Assembly: GCA_965113315.1 (NCBI GenBank)
Contig: OZ220366.1
Reading direction: 5' to 3' (one strand)
From: Podarcis vaucheri
Taxonomy: Eukaryota
DNA: 64,000 bases
Under the pieces are notes generated by a model, which worked only from the letters and a program-made list of their open reading frames with translations, did no database searches and had not been told where the DNA came from. Shown in pieces: positions 50,349 to 62,783 of the stretch. The first letter of the stretch is position 1; each line of letters begins with the position of its first letter. A program made the position numbers and the translations under genes.

Positions 50349-53300
50349 ATAGGAGTTGCAGCCCAGCAACTGCTAAAGTGCCACAGATTCCCCACTGCTT
50401 CTGCATTTCTTTTTTTTAATGATAGGAAGCCTGCCCTTTGCCATGCACGATACCTACTTCTGTAAGTATTTGTTGGGATAAACTAGCACACCAAACTATT
50501 CCTGCTTCCCAACCATTTTCTGTGTTAGCTGATACTCATGGAAAAATAATGTGGGAGTAGGTTTTCCTTTCAACGTGAGCTCAGCCATCACTTCCTAATT
50601 TTCGTCCTTTTTCTACAGTCTTCCTGATTACTTCTCATTCCTCTAAGACAGTTCAGTGTTCAAAGAACTTCACAGTTCTTATTTTGTTCAGTGATCCTCA
50701 CATTGACCCTCTGAGACAGGTGAGGCTAAGGGAAAATGAGTGACCCAAGAACCTATATGCTGAACTTTTTGTGTGAGTGGGTTTTTGAACCAGGATCTCC
50801 CACATCCTTCAAAACCAACAGTCTTTTCATTGCCACACACTGGCCTCCCCACTGTTTCCATGCTGTTTTTCATTTGAAGGAAAAGTTCTCAAATATAAGA
50901 TGTGAAGTGACCATGGTGGCCTTCGAATACTTCAAAATACAAATCCTCGTGAAATTGAACCTTTGCTTCATCTCTAGGCTTCTAGGAGTATAGCAGGCAA
51001 GATTTTTACTTTTTTTAAAAAAAGCAGTTTGTTTATTTCATAATATTTAAAGTATAATACATTTCTTGACAAGTAGATATTTTTTTGGGGGGAATCCTTC
51101 TTGTTTGTTTGTTTCATAAAGCAAATGCCTTAGAAGCAACGGCATTTAGAAGTGTACGTCTCTGGACAGAACTCTCTAGAAGCTTAAGTAATGAAATAAG
51201 GATGATTGGATCTGACGGAATGCCCAGTGGGGACAACATAAACCTACAGACAGAAGTAGAATTTTCAGCTCCTTAAGAAGGGCAAACAAATAACCTGTCT
51301 TAAAGCATATACAGTATGTCCTTCACTGAGAGAAGCCCCTGGAGATACCTTGCTTCACCTTAGTTAATCAGATGCATAAGGATAACAGCTAGACAAGCAG
51401 ATAACTGATTTTTATCGGCTAGAAACTGATGCTTTCAAGGTCTATGCTACTGTTGCCTCTTCAGTAGGTCTATTAATTTTATTCTCAGATTCCCTTTATT
51501 GGCATTTAGTTCATCTCTCGTGTCTGTGGGATTACAAATTATTTCCCCCCCTAATTAAACTATCATTGACATTGTGCTGCTTCTGAAGGATCTTTCATCT
51601 TAGCTATTTTTCCCTAACCTGGAGCATCTAAGACATCTGGATGAAGTAAAATATATTTGCATGAAATTAATTCTTTCACTTTTACATTTATCCTCCTGGG
51701 TTTAGGATTTGGAGATGTGAGTGCACATACTTTCAGGCATACAACTGAACTGTAATTATATTTATTAAACCACAGGTACAACAATGATGGTGACAGTTTG
51801 GCTAGGCTTAATATCACATTTGGTCCATACATGTTTGGCATTATGGTTAAAGCCTCAGAAGATATTTTGTTAATAAAATGAGTGATGATATATAGACAAC
51901 CATGGGTAAAGCCACCATTTGTATTTTTAAAGACATTATAGTCAGCTAATGTGCCAGCCAAATCTATAATCTTAATTGCTGCAACATGAATTCCTCACTG
52001 TGCAAGAAATTGTGTAGATCAGGGGTGGTTAACTTGTGGCCCACCAGATGTTGTTCAACTCCCACCAAGCCCAGCCATCTTGGCTAATGATCAGAGATAA
52101 TAGGTGCCATGGTCCAGTAATATCTGACCCATTGGCTACCCTTGCCAGAAGAGGTGCTCCAACTTGTGCATATTGCTTTATAACACATAATACATTTAAT
52201 TAGGGAACACATGAAAAGGAAAACATAAACAAAACACTGTACAAGTCAAGTTCTAATCAAGCTTTCTTTTCTTTCACACATTATCTTCCAATCCTCTGAG
52301 TTACTTGCATTTCACCGATGGCTGCAATCACAAATTGTGACATCTCCCATCCTTCCACCCCAGTTATCATGTGCCAATGAACTGTCGCCTTTCCACTCCT
52401 GATTTCTTCCAATGTGGAATCCTGATTTATAGCTATGGAACGTGTGCCAGTTTATAGGCAGAAAACAGTGTGGTGTTTAATAAGAATGGTCTGTTCTGTG
52501 CCTCACACAAACAGAGCCACAGCTCTACCTGACAATAACAGATGCCTTTGGAAAAAAACCAATGGCGTAGATAGTGAAAAGACATGCACTGCAGATGGGA
52601 CGAGGGCATTGTGGCTCAGAAAGTGTAATATAAATCTGGCTCGAAAAGATCTTTAGTCATTTGACAATCTGGGAAATGCCAAGATCTGGTGCCTTAATGA
52701 TGCAATGTTGGATTGGCTATCCAGTGAAAAATGTATGCAAAGTCACTACAATATATCTGCCTAGTTTACTGCAGGGCACAAGGTACATATGAGCAGCAGG
52801 GATTTGAAAACAACATATTGGAAGGAGACTAAGCAATGAGAGTTCCTTTCTGTAAATTAAGAAAAAGGAACAGAGCTTCAAATAGGAGAAATCAGCACTG
52901 GTTGTTGCCGTTCAACTAGGCCTTTTAAGGAACCTGGGTGTCTCAAATTTAAATTGATTTCAAATTGTGTTTCACTTCTAGTTCATTTTTTAAATTAATA
53001 TGTTATAATTGTTATTGTTCTATATTGTATTTTAATGTTGTTCCAGTTGTTTGCCTTGTGAGCTACCTAGAAAACGTTTGTTATATAGAAATGTAATAAT
53101 TAAATACCAAACCTTCTAGATTGACAAACATTTGGCATCTGCATGTTGTCAACATTCAGTTTTTGCAGGGTGTTCTGTGCTTTCTTTTGCCTTTTTGCTG
53201 TTCAGAGAAAGACAGAGAAATATCAGGCTATTCTAGAGATGATGTTACAAGCTGGACTTTAGCAACATCTAAGGACCACAAGTTAGCCACCCTTGATCTA

Positions 53301-53498
53301 AGGGTTCCTTAGCCATGTAATGTTAGAGAGCATGACTTCTTGAGATAAATTCTTTACCAATGTCTTAGTGAGCTGTGAAAAGCTTTTGTTTATTTAAAGG
53401 TGGATATTTATTATTGCTCTTATGACAGATATATTAATCATATGTTTATGGAAAGTTTTAAATTTTAATGTTTTTATCATCTTGGACATGTATTTGAC

Positions 53499-53547
<49 letters not shown>

Positions 53548-53654
53548 TTATTTATACCCCACTCATCTGGCTGGGTTTCCCCAGCCATTCTGGGTGGCTT
53601 CCAACAGAATATTAAAATACAATAGTCCATCAAACATTAAAAGCTTCCCTAAAC
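53499..53654 (-). mobile_element. L2 3' tail with (AAT)n microsatellite
   Basis: (AAT)~16 followed by tttataccccactcatctggctgggtttccccagcca. Confidence 0.85.
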
Positions 53655-54565
53655 AAACTATTATGAGTGCTTGATATTATGATTGTTCATTGTTCTTGCA
53701 GCCTCTTTGAACATATTGTGGACAAGTGGCATATAAATAAATTGTGATGATGATGTTAATGGTTAATCTTCATTAATATGAATAATTTCCAGTTTGAAAC
53801 TTAGCTCCATTCTTAGAGCCTCTGCCTATTTATTTTGACATTTGATTATCCACTATCATATACATTCCATGCATTCATTTCAAGATTTGTACCCTACAAA
53901 AACATGGCTCCATCGCCGAATAAAAACTTGAAAAACATATAAATTTTAAATTTCACGTGTAAACAACAGATCAATCAACAGCAGCAAAGGATTAATCTGT
54001 GCAGCAGCTTTTAAGAAAACATATGCTAGCTAATTCAGTTCTCAATGGATTGTTAGAACAAAAATATTTACTAACTTTCTTAAAATAAAACCCAGCTATC
54101 TTAGCAGAATGTTCCTTTCAGTTTCCCTCTGTTCCTCATTCCCTCCCACCCCCAATATTAAGTATTTACAACTATATCTACAACTTTAAATACTCTTTCT
54201 TATTTAGTTCCATCTACTGCTAATGGAACCAATCTATCGATTGCAGTGGCATATTATACATTTAGGCTACCATAATGTGCTGACTTTCTTGGGAATAAGC
54301 CCCACTGAAATAAAGTAGATTTACCTCTGAGTAGACATGCATAGTATCACACAGTTACAGTAAATTCCTATTTATGTAAAATATCCTGATGAACATTTCC
54401 TGACCATATCAAGTTAAAGAATCTGTAATGTTGCTTTCCAGAACTGTGAATACAAAGCCAGTATTGAGTTGTTCCAGGGACCCCAGAGGCAAAAAACGAA
54501 GGTCCCTTTAGCAATGTACGTGTGTATGAGAGACATTAAGGGAAAAGGGGCTAGGTTGTTTAGCT

Positions 54566-54816
54566 CAGGGGTCAGCAAACCTTTTCAGCAGGGCACCGGT
54601 CCACTGTCTCTCAGACCTTGTGGGGGGCGGCGGACTATATTGGGGGGGGGGGAATGAACGAATTACTATGCCCCACAAATAACCCAGAGATGCATTTTAA
54701 ATAAAAGGACACATTCTACTCATGTAAATACATGCTGATTCCAGGACCGTCCGTGGGCCGGATTTAGAAGGCGATTGGGCCAGATCTGGCCCCGGGCCTT
54801 AATTTGCCTACCCATG
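54566..54816. mobile_element. hAT (Charlie-like) MITE
   Basis: TIRs caggggtcagcaaa / tttgcctacccatg. 8-bp TSD gtttagct / gtttagtt. Confidence 0.8.
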
Positions 54817-55871
54817 GTTTAGTTGGTCAAAGGTGAATTTAGGGGAGCACAACCAGTTTCGTTGCATTGGGTGTGGAACCTTGAGGAAGCTGAAGAAGGC
54901 TCTGCAACTATGAGGTAAAATGCAAGGAGACGGGTGCTGAATTTTGGGTCTGCACAGGGTGCTGCTGACATTTGAGACCCCAAGGTCCGCCATTGAGTGG
55001 GGTGCTGGAAGCAGAGACCACAGATCTGTTTTAAATATTCTTTAACCATATCTCTATTTCCTGATAGGCTGTCAAACAATAATATTCCCATTCTACATAT
55101 GCCCTCCTAAAGACCAATTGAGTCCAATGGGGCCTACTTCCAGATAAGTCTATACAGGGCTGCAGCCCAAATGTCTGATAAGAAAGCAAAATATCCCTCT
55201 TAAGTTTTATATGACATGAACCTTACATCAGATTCAGTTACCAGGCAAAGTTTGCATCCCCACATAAGTTTAAAAAGCACTGGAAATTGTATTATATGGG
55301 AAGGTTGACAGCGGTAAATTAGGATCAAGGGCAGTATCCCTTTTGCTGATCCTTCATAGATATACCTTAGATTAGATTCATCATCTGTAAACCACATTAC
55401 CAACCATACAAGGACTCTGATGCGCCTTGCTCTTCCTTGAGATTGCGTTTTCACATACGTTCTGAAAAACACATCAGTGCTAGGCTTAAAATGCCACAAT
55501 CCATAAATAAATGGCACATTGACAACCTTCACCTCTTTTCTCCTCAAAACTAAAGTTTTCTGCTGCATGGAGCATCAAATTCCTGCCAAAGAAATAGCCC
55601 GCCCTTCAACATAATGCTTGCATTCTTCTGTGAGTTGTACTGCATCAGCAGTCAGCCTTGATTTGATGTAGAGGAAATAACAGCTTGCCATCTACTCAAG
55701 GTAGAGAGAGTCACCTTGGAAGATGTGCATTATCTTTATCTTTGTGGCTCCCGATATGCTGTGCAATACACATGAACTTACTATTATCTATTTTTTTCAG
55801 CATGGCCAACACAGCAGAGTTTAGTTTTACTTATGTAGAGGTCAAAAAATGGGGGAGAGTTCCCTCCCTGC

Positions 55872-55876
<5 letters not shown>

Positions 55877-55911
<35 letters not shown>
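55877..55911. repeat. (TC)n microsatellite
   Basis: Perfect dinucleotide run. Confidence 0.95.
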
Positions 55912-55914
<3 letters not shown>

Positions 55915-56431
55915 CGAAGAATAAGAGTTTTTTCACTGGCTCCAAATTACACTTGGCTTGGGGACTGCATTTATATACATTCTTTGAGATGGTAAAATGT
56001 GTTGTACTGAATTGTCTCAGAAAATGCTTCGATTTTCATACAGATCAGCAACATCAATTGCAGGTGTTTTGATCAATGTTCATGCTGTATTTTTAACAGT
56101 GAGGAATTAGGGAAATGGGAACATAATTCAGCCCCCCTCGCCCCCGCCTCCCTTCCTTAGCTATGTGATCTATTGACCTGGTCGTTTTTTAATACAACAG
56201 ATCCAGGTGGTATAGGGATGGCTAAATCCATCATTTTCAGTTTTTCTCTGTTGCTCACCCCCCCCCCAATCTGAAATTCAGTTCGCCACATTTTCATATG
56301 AGTTTGTTATTTATTTTAACTTCAGGGTAGGTGGGATAGGAATCAGCAACAGTTTAGTGGGCATTTATCTGACTATACATGTTTCTGTATGCAATTTCCC
56401 CTAATAGACACATTTCCCCACATTCCCCCCT

Positions 56432-57455
56432 AAAGACTCTCCTCCCTGGAAGAGAGGGGAGTGGTTGTGGACGGGAGCCCGAGCTCCGCCCATAGCAGGG
56501 GGCGTTAGCCCCCTGCCTTCTCCTCTTACCTGGCTGGCGCCCACGCCCCTCGGCAGGCACCCAACCAGGTGCCTCCGAGGGGGCGTGTACAGCAGGCTTT
56601 TGCTGCGGCGCCAGCCTCTCCTCGGCCTCATTCTTCGCCATCGTCTCGTCGCGAGTCACCCACCCTCCACTCCCTTTGAGCTCAGGGTCTTAGTTCATTG
56701 GCCTTGCTGTGGACCTTAGGTTGGTCGCCCTGGTTGTCTAGGGGGCCTGGTAGGAATTTTTCCGTTTGGCATTAGGCTTTTTGGTTTTTCCGCCTACCTC
56801 GTAGCAATCGTCACAACTTTTGTGGTATTGGTGAGTAGGTTAGGCATTGGAATAATGTGTTGTGGTGCGTCGAAGGGCTAGGCGTGGCCATCGCCTATGC
56901 CTTCAATTTTTGGGTATTCCGTTAAAGGGATCTGGCGGTCGTGTGTTCTGTCTGATGCCTGCTTGGCGGGAGGCCATGGCACGACCCTCGGTGACATCAG
57001 GAGAGAGCCTATAGTTGGATTAGCATCAACAGGCTCCACCTACTGGTGAATAAACCCCCTTGTTTTAGATATCCAATGCCAGTGTGGTGTAGTGGTTAAG
57101 AGCGGTGGACTCGTAATCTGGGGAACCGGGTTCGCGTCTCCGCTCCTCCACATGCAGCTGCTGGGTGACCTTGGGTCAGTCACACTTCTTTGAAGTCTCT
57201 CAGCCCCACTCACCTCACAGAGTGTTTGTTGTGGGGGAGGAAGGGAAAGGAGAATGTGAGCCGCTTTGAGACTCCTGAAGGGGAGTGAAAGGCGGGATAT
57301 CAAATCCAAACTCTTCTTCTTCTTCTTCTAAGCCAATACCTTTTCACTGCTGTAATCAATAAAGTTGTGGCCTTTTCTTGCCCATTAGCCTTATATCACG
57401 TGTCCTTGCGTATTCATTTCACACTGCGGGGGGAGGGCGGGTCCTCGAACCACAA
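56432..57455 (+). mobile_element. ~800-bp non-coding retroelement terminal unit, probably DIRS/Ngaro-like (copy 1, interrupted by a SINE)
   Basis: Homologous end to end with 58987-59788. Ends aaagactct...cgaaccacaa, CpG-rich 5' part, aataaagttgtggcc near the 3' end. No TSD; the empty site ccctaatataatg restores the host hAT-like repeat. Confidence 0.65.
57078..57329 (+). mobile_element. Squam3-type SINE nested in copy 1
   Basis: Close match to 23071-23321. Absent from copy 2, which reads atccaatgcc|taagccaatacc. Confidence 0.9.
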
Positions 57456-58986
57456 TATAATGCCTTTTTACTAATAGATATGCTTTTTTATGTGCACATT
57501 CTCCTAATATATGCAATTTTGCCCATATTTTTGGGTCAGAGACCTGTACCACACAATGCAGAGAAGTGTGAATTTCAAAGGTTAGCAGTGTTTCAGTTCC
57601 ATGCATTGCTTCAGGAAGTGTGAACTGTGTAGGTCTGCATTAAATTGGGAACCGAAGTGAATTTCTTCTGCTTATCCAAGTTTCACTGGGCTGGGGGTGG
57701 AGCTGTCCAGATGACAAGTCTGTGTTGAGGAAAGGTAAGGGAGGAGAAAGGTTCAGCTCCCCTTATTGGATTGCAGCCACATGCACATGAAGAGCAAGCA
57801 TCCTATGCCATTTATCTTGGTCCTCTGGGTGGCTGCTGCATTTGGTGGCAGTAGAATCTGTCCAGAATAAAGTTCTCCATCAGCTTGGGATGCCAGCAGA
57901 CATCCACATGTGGTGATGTTGTGGCAGTCCAACAGTCCTTGCAGTGGCTCACACAACTGAGATATAAAAGATTCAATGCCAGGAGCCAGTTGAGACTGTC
58001 ATGTTGACAAATTAAGCTGCATGCCTTCTGAATGTGATTTATGAATAAAGTAATCCGCTTAATGCCGTATTCCTTATTTGTGATATGGTTTTATTGGTAA
58101 TGAAGAGTGGCATGCATATCTGAGTATTATGCAAATAAGCTTATTCATCTGATGCAATTGCAGCCAGAAAGTTAGCACAAGTCACAGTAAAGCATAGAGC
58201 ATGACAGCCTTTTACCAGTCTGGCTACTAATGAATATTTCTTCCCATGATTTTGTTTGTTCTCTGCATATAATACAAAAACATAGTAGGGGAAAGGAATA
58301 GGATATGGAGAAACTGCCTACTAATTTAATGTAACTTTTGTTGACCTTGCTTAACATAAGCTTAACACAGTTTGAAATTTGGCCATCATGAATTAATTGA
58401 TATTTTCAGCATTTTTATTTACTATTTTTGATAGCCGGCTTTTATCTTTCTTACTTAAAAACAAACTTAACTGATCTTTTCAATGATAGAGTTATCTTTT
58501 CTTTAATACTGAACACAGAAGTGATCTGCATGATTGTTATCATTTGCTAATTATAGTTTATGAACACAGAGGATTGGTTTCTTTCATAAAAAGAGGGGGA
58601 TATAAAGAACAACAATAAAAAACATGAAACTCCTTATGATCTGTCCCAACAGTTGTTTGAGATGTGACAAATATTTTTATAGCATCTAATTTTCATATAT
58701 ACTCAGAAACACTAGCACTGTGCAATATAGAGAAATTATGCTGATAGTACAAAGAGTCCCACTGAAATTAATGAGCTCTTTATTACTGTGATTGTAATGA
58801 CTCCCCAATGGGCAATACATGCTGGAACAATACTCAGATAGCTTTGCTGTGTAGCAGTCCTTCTCCCTCTCTTTCTTGATATCTGTGTACACGTACACAC
58901 ACAGAGAGAACGTTTTGCTAATCTGGACCTTGGTGAGCTGGAGAATCAGCAACTACAGCAAATTTAAAATACACAGAATGTTGACA

Positions 58987-59788
58987 TTGTGGTTCGAGGA
59001 CCCGATCCCCGCGTAGTGGAATGAAAACACGAGGACAAGTGATATAAGGTTAATGGGCAAGAAAAGGCCACAACTTTATTGATTACAGCAAGTGAAAAGG
59101 TATTGGCTTAGGCATTGGATTACGTCAGCTGACTCCACCCCCTCAGAGAGGGGTGAGTCTAAAACAGGGGGGTTTATTCACCAGTAGGTGGAGCCTGTTG
59201 ATGCTAATCCAACTATAAGCTCTCTCCTGATGTCACCGAGGGTCGTGCCATGGCCTCCCGCCAAGCAGGCATCGGACAGAATACACGACCGCCAGATCCC
59301 TTTAACGGAATACCCAAAAATTGAAGGCATAGGCGATGGCCACACCTAGCCCTTCGACACACCACAACACATTATTCCAATGCCTAACCTACCCACCAAT
59401 ACCACGAAAGTTGTGACGATTGCTACGAGGTAGGCGAAAAAACCAAAAAGCCTAATGCCAAATAGAAAAATTCCTACCAGGCCCCCCGGACAACCAGGGC
59501 GACCAACCTAAGGTCCATAGCAAGGCCAAAAGAAAACTGAGACCCTGAGCTCTAAGGGAGTGGAGGGTGGGTGACTCGCGATGAGACGACGAAAAGTGAG
59601 GCCGGAAGGCTGGTGCCGCAGCATTTTGGGCTGCTAAACACGCCCCCTCGCAGGCACCTGGTTGGGTGCCTGCCCGTGGGCGTAGGCCAGCCAGGTGAGT
59701 GGGAGGCAGGAGGCTAACGCCCCCTGCTTGAGGCGGAGTCCGGCTCCCGACCACAACCACTCCCCTCTCTTGCAGGAGGAGAGTCTTT
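58987..59788 (-). mobile_element. ~800-bp non-coding retroelement terminal unit, probably DIRS/Ngaro-like (copy 2)
   Basis: Inverted homolog of 56432-57455 with the same termini. No TSD; the empty site reads gacattcacacaatacattt, the start of a common palindromic repeat. Confidence 0.65.
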
Positions 59789-60074
59789 CACACAATACAT
59801 TTAGACCACTATGATACCACTTTAAACAGACTTCACCCAGAGAATTCTAGGTACTGTAAAGCTGAGAGTTGTTAGGAGACCATTATTCCCCAGAGCTACA
59901 GTTGCCAGATTTCTTTGTCATGATGGATTAATTGTTAACCCACTCTGAGAACTAAAGCTCTAGGGGGGGGGGTATAGGGGTATCGTAACAATGCCCAGCA
60001 GCTTTAACTAATTATATCTCTCAGAATTATTTGGGGGATGCCCTGACCATTTAAAGTACAGTATCACAGTTCCT

Positions 60075-60167
60075 GAAGACAGCAGTGCCTGGAGTGCTCT
60101 GGCCCATGGGATCACGAAGAGTCGGACACGACTAAACGACTAAACAACGACTAAACAACAACAATAA
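60075..60167 (+). mobile_element. Very short Bov-B 3' end
   Basis: gagtcggacacgactaaacgactaaac tail. 12-bp TSD atcacagttcct. Confidence 0.9.
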
Positions 60168-60705
60168 ATCACAGTTCCTAGGCTGGAGCAGCCATGATGG
60201 ATTAATGTGAACAACCCTGGGTCATTTCTGTGCACACTGCTTGGACCTTTCTGCTAGATTTCGCTGCCCATTATGTGAAACCTTGGCATCCTGAAGCACG
60301 ATAAGAACAGAAGGCAGTGAAACTAAAATCAGAGTATAACATGTTTTTGCAAGTCAGTTGTGGAGTCTGTTAAAGGGCCCGGCATGGAAAACCACTGACA
60401 AAGCAAGGGTCCAAGTTACACTTTCCCCCTCTAGTAATTTGTAGTAATTTGCGGAATAAGTCTTATGTGGGTGTGCACATATGAGTAATGAAATTAAGGT
60501 CAAAGATTAAAAGTCCCCACATAACTGCTCCTGTTCCTGGAGGGTATAAAATGTATATAAAGACTTATGGAGATTGTTTTGTTTCTATATTTCTTCTGTC
60601 TTTCTGCTCAGTTTTGTGTGCTTCTGCCCAGCTGAAGGCCAATGGGCCTGGTATACTCCCTTGGACTGGTAACTTTTACTTTTATTATAATCTAATGTGC
60701 TAGAA

Positions 60706-60947
60706 CGGTGGTTCCCAATTGGTAACCCACCCAGGGCGTCTGTGGCGCAAAGCTGTCAACTGTATGGGATATTCCATTTTGTGGAGCTGTGCTCTTGTCC
60801 AGTTTTGCATTGGGACATGTACAGTTATGGTGGCATTCACATAACAAAAACTACCACCGAGATATCAACATTTTCAAAAGTAGGGGTCCATGGCTTGGCT
60901 TTTGAAAAAGAGGAGATCCACAGTTCTTAGCTAATTGGGAACCACTG
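60706..60947. mobile_element. hAT MITE
   Basis: TIRs cggtggttcccaatt / aattgggaaccactg. 8-bp TSD tgctagaa / tgctagag. Confidence 0.8.
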
Positions 60948-61403
60948 TGCTAGAGAATTAAGAAATGCTTCTGAACTAGATGGGCTGGTAGAAGTTAGGA
61001 GATTATGTTAACAATATTATTCACTCTAAACGACTGATTTGTCAGTGCAATAATTAGTTCATGCTGTTATTAAACCAATGCATTTTTAATGTACATTGCT
61101 TTATTTTCTTTAAATTTTATCTTATGTAATTTGTTTTAAGTTTTGATAACTTGCTTTATTTTAATTTTAATTTTAAATTTCATAGTACCATTAAGCTTTG
61201 TGTGCCAATAAACCGAGTCATCTCAGTCCCAATCTTAAGTCTGTGGTTATTGCTTGTTATGCTTTACTCCTCATTCCACTGGGTTGCTGATGAGCAAATT
61301 CTAACCTTGATTGAAGGACCCAATTAGTGCTGATGTATTAGCCAGGATTAGCTTTGATTGGTTTTCCAGATTAACACACTAATCCAAAATTTTATACACG
61401 TAT

Positions 61404-61405
<2 letters not shown>

Positions 61406-61442
<37 letters not shown>
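61406..61442. repeat. (CA)n microsatellite
   Basis: Perfect dinucleotide run. Confidence 0.95.
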
Positions 61443-61446
<4 letters not shown>

Positions 61447-62010
61447 TTCAGAAGAATCTTTCCCTCATTAAAACATTCAAAGGTTATTTTTTTAACAAAC
61501 CTAAGAAATCATTATAAACATCTATAGCATCATCATCATTGTCAGGTTTATTTATATGCTGCTTTTCCAAATTATGCTCAAAGCACAATAGTAGAATAAG
61601 GAAAATTAAAAGGACGTTTAACAAACAGAAGGACACCATCCTCTTTCCATGCTCCTCCCAATGGAAACATGCAGATGGGACTGGTAAGTTTCTGTAGATA
61701 TTTTTTGTATTAGTGGGACTGGGAGTATTAACTATGTATGTGTGATTAGACTAGTTATTGCCTCACGTTTAATATTGTAGATATATCCCTGTTTTAAGTC
61801 ATTAACATACTGTCTTCTCTTGTATATTATTTACTACAAAGGTATGTCTTAATTATGCATTCTCAACATATTTTTAATTTTTATTCTTAATTTTAATTTT
61901 CCTTATTCTATTTGTTAATTCAGTGCAATTATGTTACAATTGATTTTGACAGCTCAATTGATGACTAAGCTCTTTAGCAACGAAATGTCTGATTACTGGA
62001 ACAACGTCCA

Positions 62011-62188
62011 AGCACTGAACCACTGGTATATCACAAGTGGACTCTTTATTACTGTGTTTGCAATTGTTCAATATAAAATTTATTTTGGAAAGAGAAGAAA
62101 TGAGCACTGAACCACTGATATATTACAAGTAAACTCTTTATTTACTGTGTTTGCTATTGTTTAAGATAAAACCTATTTGAGAAAGAAA
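62011..62188. repeat. Diverged ~92-bp tandem duplication
   Basis: agcactgaaccactgRtata...actctttatt...actgtgtttgc at 62011 and 62103. Confidence 0.85.
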
Positions 62189-62544
62189 CTGCTTTTGCCA
62201 TTTTTGTGGATGTTTATTGTTTGTTTATAGATAGTTGCCTTGGTGATATTATCTTGTGTCAATCACAGTAGTCATTGTATCACCACCCTGTTCATTGTTT
62301 TATTGTACTAGTTTCTCAGCAGGTGGGTTGCTGCAGCTTGCCAGGAAGAAGACTGGCAAGAAGATTGCTGTGCAATGCATCGGTGGAACCAATCAGGTAT
62401 TTCTGCCAGTGTGTTTGCACTGCACCAATCTCCCTGTTGCTCTTTCCTTCTCCCTGCTGACAAACAAAAGTGAGACACCCTCTGCCCTGCTGCAGCCACC
62501 AGGAAACTAGTCTAGTGGCTCTGCCTCACCTAGCAAGTTACTCC

Positions 62545-62719
62545 TACCCTGTGGAACGCCCTCCCAGCAGATGTCAAGGCAATAAGCAACTATTTTATTT
62601 TTAAAAGACAACTGTTTAGGGAAGTTTTTAATGTTTGATGCTGTATTGTTTTTAATATTTGGTTGGAAGCCGCCCAGAGTGGCTGGGGAAACCCAGCCAG
62701 ATGGGCGGTGTATAAATAA

Positions 62720-62783
<64 letters not shown>
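62545..62783 (+). mobile_element. L2 3' fragment with (TTA)n tail
   Basis: tggaacgccctccc...agccgcccagagtggctggggaaacccagccagatgggcgg followed by (TTA)~21. Confidence 0.9.

Noticed and set aside
56466-57454. Ordinary solo LTR (TGTGG...CCACA preceded by a PPT-like aagagaggggagtgg)
   Set aside because: Both independent copies extend the same ~34 bp upstream of TGTGG and lack a 4-6-bp TSD, which a solo LTR would not show. Kept only as the alternative hypothesis.
62323-62396. Possible 74-nt exon (tttctcagcag|GTGGG...ATCAG|gtattt)
   Set aside because: Splice-like ends, but no frame gives a recognisable peptide and no partner exons were found. Needs RNA-seq.
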